Notes under the pieces: model-generated
The model's database searches: none
What the model was told of the DNA's origin: nothing
What the model saw: only the letters and a program-made list of their open reading frames with translations
Assembly (NCBI GenBank): GCA_902615995.1
Contig: CACMRF010000003.1
Coordinates: forward strand, 10,068-74,067
DNA length: 64,000 nt
DNA from: an uncultured SAR116 cluster alpha proteobacterium
GTDB taxonomy: Bacteria; Pseudomonadota; Alphaproteobacteria; Puniceispirillales; Marisalimonadaceae
Reading direction: 5' to 3'
Made by a program: the position numbers and the translations under genes
Part shown: in pieces, positions 28,214 through 36,723 of the stretch
How positions within the stretch are numbered: the stretch's first letter is position 1
How the letters are laid out: each line of letters begins with the position of its first letter

Positions 28214-30739
28214 TTATTCATTTCTAATTAAAGGATAAATTTTAGGAGTTAAATATTTAAAGTTTGTAAAAAATATTAATAGTAAACTTAAAACTATAAT
28301 AAAACTTATAATTATAAAAAATGTATTAAAATCAAATTCCCATGATAAATTAAAAAATCCTTGAATAGCTAAATTAGATATTATTATTGAAAAAATTGTA
28401 GAGAAAAAAATTGTAACTCCATAAAGAATTAAGAATTCAATAATGGAGGATTTAATTATTTGCAGTTTACTTAGGCCAATGATTTTAAAAACTAAATTTT
28501 GATATATTTTACTTTTACCTTGAACAATAATAGCACTCACTATGACAAAAAAGCCTATAAATATAACAACCAACGATACCAATGAAATTGATAAATAGAT
28601 TTTGTTCAGTAAATTTGAAATTTTTTGTAAATAACTTCTAACTTCGATAAAAGAAACATTTGGAAATTCATTTAATAAATTAATATTTTTAACTTCTTTA
28701 TCAAATTTAACAGTTGCAAGAATTTCACTTGGTAATTTTTTTGCAAATGAAGGATTAATTAACATAGCAAAATTTATATTAAGATCTCGATAATTTACTT
28801 TCCTAAAATTAACAACTTTACCAATTACTTCTCTACCAGAGATTAATAATGTAAATTTATCATCAAGTTTAACATTTAAATCTTTTGCAATTTTACTATC
28901 TAATGAAATCAACAATTCTTCTTCATTTTGATTATTTTCCCACCATTTTCCTTTTGTAATTGGGTTATTAAGAGGTGGATTATCTGACCAAGATATTCTT
29001 CGGTCATTATTTATAAACCAAAAGCTTTCATTAAAGCGGTCAATATAATTTAATGGATCTATATTATTAATTTTTATTAACTTTACAGAAACCATTGGCA
29101 TGGCATTAATTATAGCTAAAGTATCTTTATTTTTAATAAAGTTTATGAATTCTAATTTTTGATTATTTTGAAGCCCAATAAAAAAATAATCTGGAGCAAT
29201 ATTTGGAATTGATCGAGAAATTTCTTTCTTTAAATTGAAACCAATTAATCCCAAAGATAAAAGAAGTGTTGTTCCTAAACCTAATGTAACTAAAACAATC
29301 AATGATATATTTTTAAATTTTATAATGTCTTTCAAAGCAAACTTAAATGGTATAAAATTCTCTATATAAATTTTTTTAAACTGACGTAAAAAAATTATAA
29401 AAATTAAATAAAAAATTAAAATGCAAATAAAGAAGCTTATAAAATAAATTAAACTATAAATTGGTCTAAACGAACTTAAAGATATAAATAAAACAAAAAT
29501 TAAAGATGTTAAAAAAAGTAAAGAATTTGTTTTAGTTTTAAAAATGAATGTGATGTCTCTTTTAACATTTTTTAATAAATCATTTCCTTTAATATTATCA
29601 ATTGCATTTAATGTTGGGATAGAAAAAATTACAAATACCACAAAACCTGCAAAAAAAACATTTAAGTAAGTAAATAAGGAAAAGTGATATGAAAGTTGAA
29701 TATTATAAAAATTAATTAAGAATGAATTTAGGATTGGTATTATAAACAAACTTAAAATATAAGAAAATAATGATAATATAATTAATAGAAAAAATAATTC
29801 ACAATAATATATCAATTTAATTTTAGAATTTTTCATACCAATAGCTTTTTTAATGGCAATAGAAATATATTTATCATTTAAATATGATAAAAGTGAATTA
29901 GCCAATCCAACTGAGGATATTAATAAAGCACTAATTGATAGTAATGACAAAAATTGAATAAAGTTGTTAATTGCTAATTTTAGGCCTCTCCCAGAATTTT
30001 CAGGCATTTTAATCTTATGATTTTTATCATTATTTAGAATGTTTTTTACTAATTTAATGCCATTTATACTTTCAATGTTTTTATTAAATTTTAATTTAAA
30101 CTCTTTATTTATTAAATTTCCTAATGCTTGTAATTTCAATTCGTCAAGTGTGATATTATTTATCATCGCATAATCACCAAATACAAAAACTCCACCAATA
30201 TCAGGAATATTTTTTAAATAACCAATAACAGTTAAATTTTTATTTTGTATATTAACTTTTTCGCCAATTTTAAGTTTCAAATTTTCAAATGTATTTTTAT
30301 TTAATAAAATTGTATTGGAATTTTTTTTCATTATTTGAAATGCATTTTTTGGATGTGTTTCAACTTTTCCATATAGTGGATAATTAATGTCAATAGATTT
30401 AATTCTTACAAAAATTGATTTGTTATCTTTATTAATCATTGAATTAAATTCAATAATTTCAGTTACTTGTGCAATTTTTTTTATTTTTGATATCAAATTA
30501 TAATCAGCTTTTCCTCTGTTGTAATCAATTTCTAAATCACCACCCAAAAGAGTTTTTTGATTTTTTGATAACTCTTCATTAAGACTTAAATTAATTGTTA
30601 AAATTGTACTATATATAAACAAACTTAAAAAAAGAGTTATTGAAATACTCAATAACTTAGCCTTACTTCTGAATAAATCTTTAATTGAAAATAAAAATAT
30701 AAATTTTATATCATTATAATTAAACAATTTTTCCATCAT
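28214..30739 (-). CDS. ybbP: FtsX-domain ABC transporter permease (YbbP-like)
   Basis: 841 aa with two 4-TM FtsX-type modules separated by large loops. It overlaps the upstream ATPase gene by 20 nt. Sits in the classic tesA/ybbA-ybbP arrangement. Confidence 0.75.
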   Translation of the reverse strand: MMEKLFNYNDIKFIFLFSIKDLFRSKAKLLSISITLFLSLFIYSTILTINLSLNEELSKNQKTLLGGDLEIDYNRGKADYNLISKIKKIAQVTEIIEFNSMINKDNKSIFVRIKSIDINYPLYGKVETHPKNAFQIMKKNSNTILLNKNTFENLKLKIGEKVNIQNKNLTVIGYLKNIPDIGGVFVFGDYAMINNITLDELKLQALGNLINKEFKLKFNKNIESINGIKLVKNILNNDKNHKIKMPENSGRGLKLAINNFIQFLSLLSISALLISSVGLANSLLSYLNDKYISIAIKKAIGMKNSKIKLIYYCELFFLLIILSLFSYILSLFIIPILNSFLINFYNIQLSYHFSLFTYLNVFFAGFVVFVIFSIPTLNAIDNIKGNDLLKNVKRDITFIFKTKTNSLLFLTSLIFVLFISLSSFRPIYSLIYFISFFICILIFYLIFIIFLRQFKKIYIENFIPFKFALKDIIKFKNISLIVLVTLGLGTTLLLSLGLIGFNLKKEISRSIPNIAPDYFFIGLQNNQKLEFINFIKNKDTLAIINAMPMVSVKLIKINNIDPLNYIDRFNESFWFINNDRRISWSDNPPLNNPITKGKWWENNQNEEELLISLDSKIAKDLNVKLDDKFTLLISGREVIGKVVNFRKVNYRDLNINFAMLINPSFAKKLPSEILATVKFDKEVKNINLLNEFPNVSFIEVRSYLQKISNLLNKIYLSISLVSLVVIFIGFFVIVSAIIVQGKSKIYQNLVFKIIGLSKLQIIKSSIIEFLILYGVTIFFSTIFSIIISNLAIQGFFNLSWEFDFNTFFIIISFIIVLSLLLIFFTNFKYLTPKIYPLIRNE

Positions 30740-31385
30740 TTATTTCAATCTTTTTATGAGCTTTATTGGCAATTTTGGTGTCATGAGTTACTAATATAAG
30801 ACTTGATCCTGAATCTTTTACAATATCAAATAAGATACCTGAAATTAATGATGAATTTATTTTATCAAGATTACCTGTAGGCTCATCAGCTAATATTAAC
30901 TTTGGTTTCATAACTAATGATCTAGCTATAGCAACTCTTTGTTGCTCACCTCCAGAAAGTTGACTTGGATAATGATTAAATCGATGTTTCAAACCTACCT
31001 TATCTAAAATTTCTTTAGATTTATTTAAACCATTATTTATGCTGTTAATTTCAAAAGTTAAATTTACATTTTCTAATGCCGTAAAATTTGGTAAAAGAAA
31101 AAAAGATTGAAAAATTATACCAATATTTTTTCTTCTAATATCTGAAAGCTCTTCTTCATTTAAATTTTTAAAGTTATTGCCTTCAAAAATTAATTCTCCT
31201 GAATTAAATTTTTCTAAACCAGCTATTAACATAATTAAACTAGTTTTACCTGAGCCACTTTCTCCAATGACTGAAATTGATTCTTTATAATTTAGATCAA
31301 TATTTACATTTTTAAGTATTTGTAATGACTTATTATTTATCTTATAAGATAAACTTAAATTTTTTATTTCTAGAAGTTTGTTCAT
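30720..31385 (-). CDS. ybbA: ABC transporter ATP-binding protein (YbbA/LolD-like)
   Basis: Walker A GESGSGKTS, signature LSGGEQQRVAIAR, Walker B ILADEPTGNLD. ATG at 31383-31385 preferred over TTG at 31391. Confidence 0.85.
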   Translation of the reverse strand: MNKLLEIKNLSLSYKINNKSLQILKNVNIDLNYKESISVIGESGSGKTSLIMLIAGLEKFNSGELIFEGNNFKNLNEEELSDIRRKNIGIIFQSFFLLPNFTALENVNLTFEINSINNGLNKSKEILDKVGLKHRFNHYPSQLSGGEQQRVAIARSLVMKPKLILADEPTGNLDKINSSLISGILFDIVKDSGSSLILVTHDTKIANKAHKKIEINDGKIV

Positions 31386-31998
31386 GCTCAAACATTTTAT
31401 TATTACATTAATCTTAAGTTGTCTAGTTTCGTTTAACTCCTATGCATTAGATAAAATATTGCTATACGGTGATAGTTTAATGTCTGGATACAAATTGGAA
31501 AAAAAAAATTCCTTAAATAATATACTTGAACAAAAACTTTTACTGTTAGGATATAACTATAAAATAATTAATGCTAGCATCGCTGGTGAAACTAGTTTTG
31601 GAGGTTTAAATAGAATTAATTGGACGCTTGCTGAAAAAAATATAACACACGTTGTATTGTGTTTAGGTGCAAATGATATGCTTAGAGGCATTAAACCAAA
31701 TGAAACATATAAAAACCTAGAACAAATTATTAAAATAATTGATGATAAAAATATTAAAGTTATTTTAGCTGGGATGATTGCACCTTCTTCATATGGAAAA
31801 AAGTATAAAGATAGCTTTGACATTATTTATCCTGATTTAGCAAAAAAATTTAATCTGTTATTTATTCCCTTTTTGCTTCAAGACGTGGCTTTAAATCCAG
31901 AATTAAATTTAAGTGATGGCATTCATCCAAATGAAAAGGGAGTTAAAATAATTTCTAATACTATTTCTAAAAAATTGATTGCGATTTTAAAAAATTAA
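31384..31998 (+). CDS. tesA: SGNH/GDSL arylesterase-thioesterase (TesA-like), secreted
   Basis: Signal peptide, then GDSLMSGY (block I), GANDMLRG (block III) and DGIHPN (block V). ATG at 31384 preferred over TTG at 31378. Confidence 0.8.
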   Translation: MLKHFIITLILSCLVSFNSYALDKILLYGDSLMSGYKLEKKNSLNNILEQKLLLLGYNYKIINASIAGETSFGGLNRINWTLAEKNITHVVLCLGANDMLRGIKPNETYKNLEQIIKIIDDKNIKVILAGMIAPSSYGKKYKDSFDIIYPDLAKKFNLLFIPFLLQDVALNPELNLSDGIHPNEKGVKIISNTISKKLIAILKN

Positions 31999-31999
31999 A

Positions 32000-32728
32000 T
32001 TAACTAGTTTTTTTTAGTTTTTGGATTTGATCCCAAGCATTATTAATTGTTCTCATTTTTTCTTTACTTTTTTCAAGAACTTCTTTTGGAACACCTTTAT
32101 TAATTAATAAATCTGGATGATAAGTTTTTGATAAATTGATATATTTTTTTCTAATTTCTTTAATATCATCAGATGGCTTAACTCCTAAAACTATATATGG
32201 ATTTAATTTTTCTGATGATTTTCTGCTTTCAAAAAGACTATTTATTTCAATGTCAGAAAGATTAAAGATAAAACCAATTTCTCTTATCATCTTAATTTCA
32301 GGATTACTAACCTCTCCGTCTGCTTCAGCAATATATAAAAGAACATTTAAAACTTCTACTAAAGCTGTTTTATTTTTTGAATAAATTTGGCTTATTTGTT
32401 GTGCATATGGTTCAAAACCTAAATCATCTTGTTTTGCTACATTAAACACTTTTGAAACATTATCAATTTCACTATCAGGTATATTTAACTTTTCTTTAAT
32501 TGCAAGTAATTCATCCTTTGTGACAACTCCATCTGCTTTACTAATTTTTGCAGACAAAATAATCAAAGCTAATGCAAAAATCTGTTGAGAGTTTTCATTA
32601 CTGAAATTTATACTTTTAACTTTTCCACCTGAAAATTTACTTCCTAGAAAAGATCCTAATAGTGCTCCTATCGGTCCACCAATAGTAAAACCTAACATGC
32701 CACCAATTAATGTTCCCCAAATTGACAT
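32000..32728 (-). CDS. djlA: DjlA-type membrane co-chaperone (TerB-like domain + J domain)
   Basis: Gly-rich N-terminal TM helix and a C-terminal J domain (YIVLGV...KTYHPDLL with HPD). Confidence 0.7.
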   Translation of the reverse strand: MSIWGTLIGGMLGFTIGGPIGALLGSFLGSKFSGGKVKSINFSNENSQQIFALALIILSAKISKADGVVTKDELLAIKEKLNIPDSEIDNVSKVFNVAKQDDLGFEPYAQQISQIYSKNKTALVEVLNVLLYIAEADGEVSNPEIKMIREIGFIFNLSDIEINSLFESRKSSEKLNPYIVLGVKPSDDIKEIRKKYINLSKTYHPDLLINKGVPKEVLEKSKEKMRTINNAWDQIQKLKKTS

Positions 32729-32733
32729 TTTGG

Positions 32734-33291
32734 TTATTTAACTTTTTTCAATTGCTTTAATCTTTTTTCTCTACCACATGCAGTTTTATAGAGATAATAC
32801 TTTAAAGAATTTTTTTTATAAAAATTTTGATGTTCATCCCTTACAGGAAAAAATTTTGTTTCTTTTTCTACAGCAACTTTTGAAGTTTTGGGAGCAATAT
32901 CATTTATAATATTTTTTTGTTCATTGTTTTTGTAATAAATAGCTGGACTATATGAATGACCTCTATCACAAAACTGACCATCTGAATCTTCGTAATCAAC
33001 TGTATTGAAAACATGTTTTACTAATTCAGCAAATGAAACTTTGTTTGGGTCATAAATCACCTTTGCTGCTTCTCTGTGGTCTCCCCATTGATTAGGATAA
33101 TATTTAGGATTTGGAGTTGTTCCTCCAGTAAACCCACTAATGACCTCTTTAACTCCTTTAAATTCTTCAAAGTCTTCTTCAGTACACCAAAAACAACCGC
33201 CTGAATAGTAAAAAGTATCAGATTTAGACTGAAAAATTGATAAAAAGAAAATGACTTTAATTTTAATGAATAAATAAAATATTTTTTTCAT
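32734..33291 (-). CDS. msrA: Peptide methionine-(S)-sulfoxide reductase
   Basis: GGCFWC active-site motif, GFTGG. An N-terminal hydrophobic leader suggests export. Confidence 0.9.
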   Translation of the reverse strand: MKKIFYLFIKIKVIFFLSIFQSKSDTFYYSGGCFWCTEEDFEEFKGVKEVISGFTGGTTPNPKYYPNQWGDHREAAKVIYDPNKVSFAELVKHVFNTVDYEDSDGQFCDRGHSYSPAIYYKNNEQKNIINDIAPKTSKVAVEKETKFFPVRDEHQNFYKKNSLKYYLYKTACGREKRLKQLKKVK

Positions 33292-33294
33292 GGA

Positions 33295-34791
33295 TTATAT
33301 ATATGTAACGTTTTCAATAAATTCATCAGCTTTTTCAAAAATTATTTTTTTTCTCTCAATATTCATTCTTTCCAATGTTCTGACCATCATATTTAAACGT
33401 GGATTTTTTGAAAAAAAAGTTTTGTTATTATCAATAAAAGACCAATATAATCCATCCATAACGTCACACCAGTTATCTTTTTTATAATTACTCATTTTTA
33501 AAATATAATTAGATCCACAAATATATGGCTTAGTTGAAAAAATTCCACCGTCTGCATAAGTTCCCATTCCATAAACATTAGGCACCATTACCCAGTCACT
33601 ACTGTCAACGAACATTTCCATAAACCATCTGTATATTTCTTTCGGAGAAATTTTACATAAATTCATTATATTACTTAAAATCATTAAACGTGGTATGTGA
33701 TGTACATATCCATATTTTAAACATTTCTTTATTGTATCATCTAATGGTTTGATATTAGTTGTTCCATCATACCAACAATCTTTTAATTTTCTGTTATGTT
33801 TCCAATAATTTGAATTTTCTTGAAAATCACCTTTTAGAAAATAAACTAGTCTTATAAATTCTCTCCATCCAATTATTTGTCTTATAAAACCTTCGAGAGA
33901 ATTTAGTGGTATGTCTTTAGATTTATTTACTTGTTCGATTACATCTTTTGGGGTTATTAAACCTAAATTTAAAGACGAACTTAGACAAGAGTGAAATAAA
34001 AAATTTTCATCTATATCAACTGCATCTTCAAAATCACCAAAATTTTTAAATTTAAGCTTAACAAATTCTTTTAATAACTCAAAAGCTTGCTTTCTATTAG
34101 TTGGTACCCAAAAATTTTTATTATCTCCTGGATGACCAGAGAAATATTTTTCCACAATTAATTTTACGTCATCAATATTTTTAGACTTATTAAAAAATGT
34201 AGTTGCTGGTATTTTAATTTCTTTTGGAAGTCGTTTTCTATTTAATTCATCGAATGACCATTTCCCTCCTGTAGGCTTTTCATTTTCGTCTATAAGAAGA
34301 TTTAGTTTCTTTCTCATCATTTGATAAAAAGAAACCATTCTTAAATTTTTATTATTATGTCCATACTCTTTAAGATCTTCTTGACTTAAAAAAAACATTG
34401 GAGATGGAATAAAAGTTAAATCTACTTCATTAGAAAGAGTTAAAAATTTTTTTTCAAAAAATTTGTCAATAATATCATATACATATAATCTATTAATTTT
34501 ATTTTTTTTTATGAAAATTCTAAGTTCATCTATATAGTTGCTTTTTGTCTTTTGGTCTATTTTTAATGGTTTATAATGAACTTCAAAATCATTTTTTTTT
34601 AACATGTCGCGATAATCTCTCATAGCAGTTAAAAAAAGAGTTAATTTCATTTTGTGATGTTTAAAATAAGTACAAAGTTCAATATCTTCTTTCATATAAA
34701 TTTTATTGATATTTAACTGAGAAATGTATTCCAATGGAAAAAGCTGATTACCTAAAATTACAAGTAAATTATTTTTGTTATACTCAATCAT
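33295..34791 (-). CDS. Cryptochrome/photolyase-family protein of the CryPro / FeS-BCP (COG3046) type
   Basis: 498 aa. N-terminal LVILGNQLFP, GWREFIR and HHIPRLM motifs typical of the deoxyribodipyrimidine photolyase-related family. Its ATG overlaps the upstream gene's stop (TAATG). Confidence 0.7.
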   Translation of the reverse strand: MIEYNKNNLLVILGNQLFPLEYISQLNINKIYMKEDIELCTYFKHHKMKLTLFLTAMRDYRDMLKKNDFEVHYKPLKIDQKTKSNYIDELRIFIKKNKINRLYVYDIIDKFFEKKFLTLSNEVDLTFIPSPMFFLSQEDLKEYGHNNKNLRMVSFYQMMRKKLNLLIDENEKPTGGKWSFDELNRKRLPKEIKIPATTFFNKSKNIDDVKLIVEKYFSGHPGDNKNFWVPTNRKQAFELLKEFVKLKFKNFGDFEDAVDIDENFLFHSCLSSSLNLGLITPKDVIEQVNKSKDIPLNSLEGFIRQIIGWREFIRLVYFLKGDFQENSNYWKHNRKLKDCWYDGTTNIKPLDDTIKKCLKYGYVHHIPRLMILSNIMNLCKISPKEIYRWFMEMFVDSSDWVMVPNVYGMGTYADGGIFSTKPYICGSNYILKMSNYKKDNWCDVMDGLYWSFIDNNKTFFSKNPRLNMMVRTLERMNIERKKIIFEKADEFIENVTYI

Positions 34792-35918
34792 TAAAAACTA
34801 AATCCACGAGCTGATACTTTCCATAAATCTTTTACTTTTCTATTTTTATCAATAACAACATACCAATCATGTAAATTACATGTTGGATCACAGTGCCCTG
34901 GTATCAATTTTAACTTATCATTTAATTTAAGAGAGTTGTTATAATCTTCAATTATTCCATGCTCATCAGAACATTTTGTATATTTTAGATCATTTTTATT
35001 GAATATTTTTGGTAGTCCACTGTCTACAGACATAGACTTTAAACCAGCATCAACAACCGCAAAATTTTGTTTGGCTACCGAAATGACACTTGTATAAATA
35101 AATAGTGAGTTTTCAAAAAGAATATTTGATTTATTCTTTTTTAAACTTGAATAATGTGCATCCATAAATGCATATGAGCCAACTTGAATTTCATTATAAA
35201 TTTTATTTTTTGTTTCTTCTTCGAAACAACCAGTACCTCCTCCAGTTACAATCAAACCGGACATATCAAAATATTTAAGTAAATTAGAAATTCTTTTATT
35301 AGTATTATTAACTGTTGTTTCTCTCTCTTTTGAATCTAACACATGTTGATTAGAACCATTATAAGCTTGAAACCCAGACAATTTTATATTTGACGATTTA
35401 TTAATAAATTGAATCATTAATTTAATATCATCAATGTTATCTGTTCCACATCTTTGAGCACCACACTCTAACTCTATAAAAATTTCAATTTTAACATTAT
35501 TATCAGAGGCAATGTTATTTATATCATTTAAATTATCTATATTATCTACACAGCAAGTGACCTTAGAACCTGACCTATTAATTTTACATAATCTATCAAT
35601 TTTCTTTAAATCTGTTATTTGATTAGTGATTAAAATATCTTTTATACCCGATCTTACAAATACTTCAGCTTCACTTAATTTTTGACAACATATACCAGAA
35701 GCATTTCCATATTGAAGTTGATATTTTGCTACCTCTACAGATTTATGCATTTTTGCGTGAGGTCTAAGTTTTATATTATTTTTATGAGTAAAAGAACTCA
35801 TTTTTTCAACATTTAATTTAAATGTCTCATAATCAATTAGCAAACATGGTGTTTGAATTTCTTCTAACATCATTCCTTTTAATGCAGGTATGTTATAACC
35901 ATAATCTAATTTAGACAT
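34791..35918 (-). CDS. PLP-dependent D-serine dehydratase / D-threonine aldolase-like enzyme (DSD1 family, alanine-racemase N-terminal fold)
   Basis: LRPHAKMHKS (PLP-lysine block RPHxKxHK). About 375 aa. ATG at 35916-35918 preferred over the track's TTG at 35957. Confidence 0.7.
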   Translation of the reverse strand: MSKLDYGYNIPALKGMMLEEIQTPCLLIDYETFKLNVEKMSSFTHKNNIKLRPHAKMHKSVEVAKYQLQYGNASGICCQKLSEAEVFVRSGIKDILITNQITDLKKIDRLCKINRSGSKVTCCVDNIDNLNDINNIASDNNVKIEIFIELECGAQRCGTDNIDDIKLMIQFINKSSNIKLSGFQAYNGSNQHVLDSKERETTVNNTNKRISNLLKYFDMSGLIVTGGGTGCFEEETKNKIYNEIQVGSYAFMDAHYSSLKKNKSNILFENSLFIYTSVISVAKQNFAVVDAGLKSMSVDSGLPKIFNKNDLKYTKCSDEHGIIEDYNNSLKLNDKLKLIPGHCDPTCNLHDWYVVIDKNRKVKDLWKVSARGFSF

Positions 35919-35993
35919 AAAACTAATATAAAATAAATTTATTGAATCTTCTAACAAATAGATATAATTTTTAATATTATCTGGAGTTTATTA

Positions 35994-36434
35994 ATGAAAT
36001 TTTTGCATACCATGATCAGAGTTAACAATTTAGGAGAATCATTAGATTTCTTTTGTAATAAATTAGGCTTAATTGAAACAAGACGAAAAGATGTTCCTGA
36101 AGGAAAGTTTACATTAATATTTTTGGCTGCTACTGAAGATGAAAGTTCTGCAATAAATACTAGATCACCAGAAATAGAACTTACTCATAATTGGGACTAT
36201 GAAGACCTTGATAAAGGGAGAAATTTTGGTCATTTGGCATTTTCAGTTTCAAACATATATGAAACTTGTCAGAAATTAATGGATAAAGGAGTGGTTATCA
36301 ATAGACCGCCTAGGGATGGAAGAATGGCATTCATTAAATCTCCAAATAATATTTCAATTGAACTTCTTCAACAAGGAGAAGCATTAGAAATTAAAGATCC
36401 TTGGAAATCAATGAATAATACAGGAACATGGTAA
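35994..36434 (+). CDS. gloA: Lactoylglutathione lyase (glyoxalase I)
   Basis: [25 protein letters not shown]-terminal motif. ELTHNW and HLAF metal-ligand blocks. GGAG RBS. Confidence 0.85.
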   Translation: MKFLHTMIRVNNLGESLDFFCNKLGLIETRRKDVPEGKFTLIFLAATEDESSAINTRSPEIELTHNWDYEDLDKGRNFGHLAFSVSNIYETCQKLMDKGVVINRPPRDGRMAFIKSPNNISIELLQQGEALEIKDPWKSMNNTGTW

Positions 36435-36444
36435 AGGAAATTTT

Positions 36445-36723
36445 ATGAAAAAATTATATTTGTTTTTTAATGTATTTTTGATTTTATTTATTGCTAATTG
36501 CTCTTCATATGTTGCAAAAAGCAAAGTTGATAAAAATATAATTCAAAAAGAAATGACTAAGTATGTTACAATTGAATGGAGATTAAATCCTAAATTTATG
36601 ACTGATTTACCTCAAACTGCAAAAGAAAAGTTAATAGTATCCTGTAATTCAAATAAATTTATTTTAGTAAAAGTTAGTACAATCGATTTTGAAAAAACCA
36701 AGGGAACTTTTAGATGTAATTAA
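36445..36723 (+). CDS. Small lipoprotein, hypothetical
   Basis: 92 aa. Signal peptide ending in the lipobox LFIANC. Its stop shares a TTAA with the convergent mfd stop. Confidence 0.5.
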   Translation: MKKLYLFFNVFLILFIANCSSYVAKSKVDKNIIQKEMTKYVTIEWRLNPKFMTDLPQTAKEKLIVSCNSNKFILVKVSTIDFEKTKGTFRCN

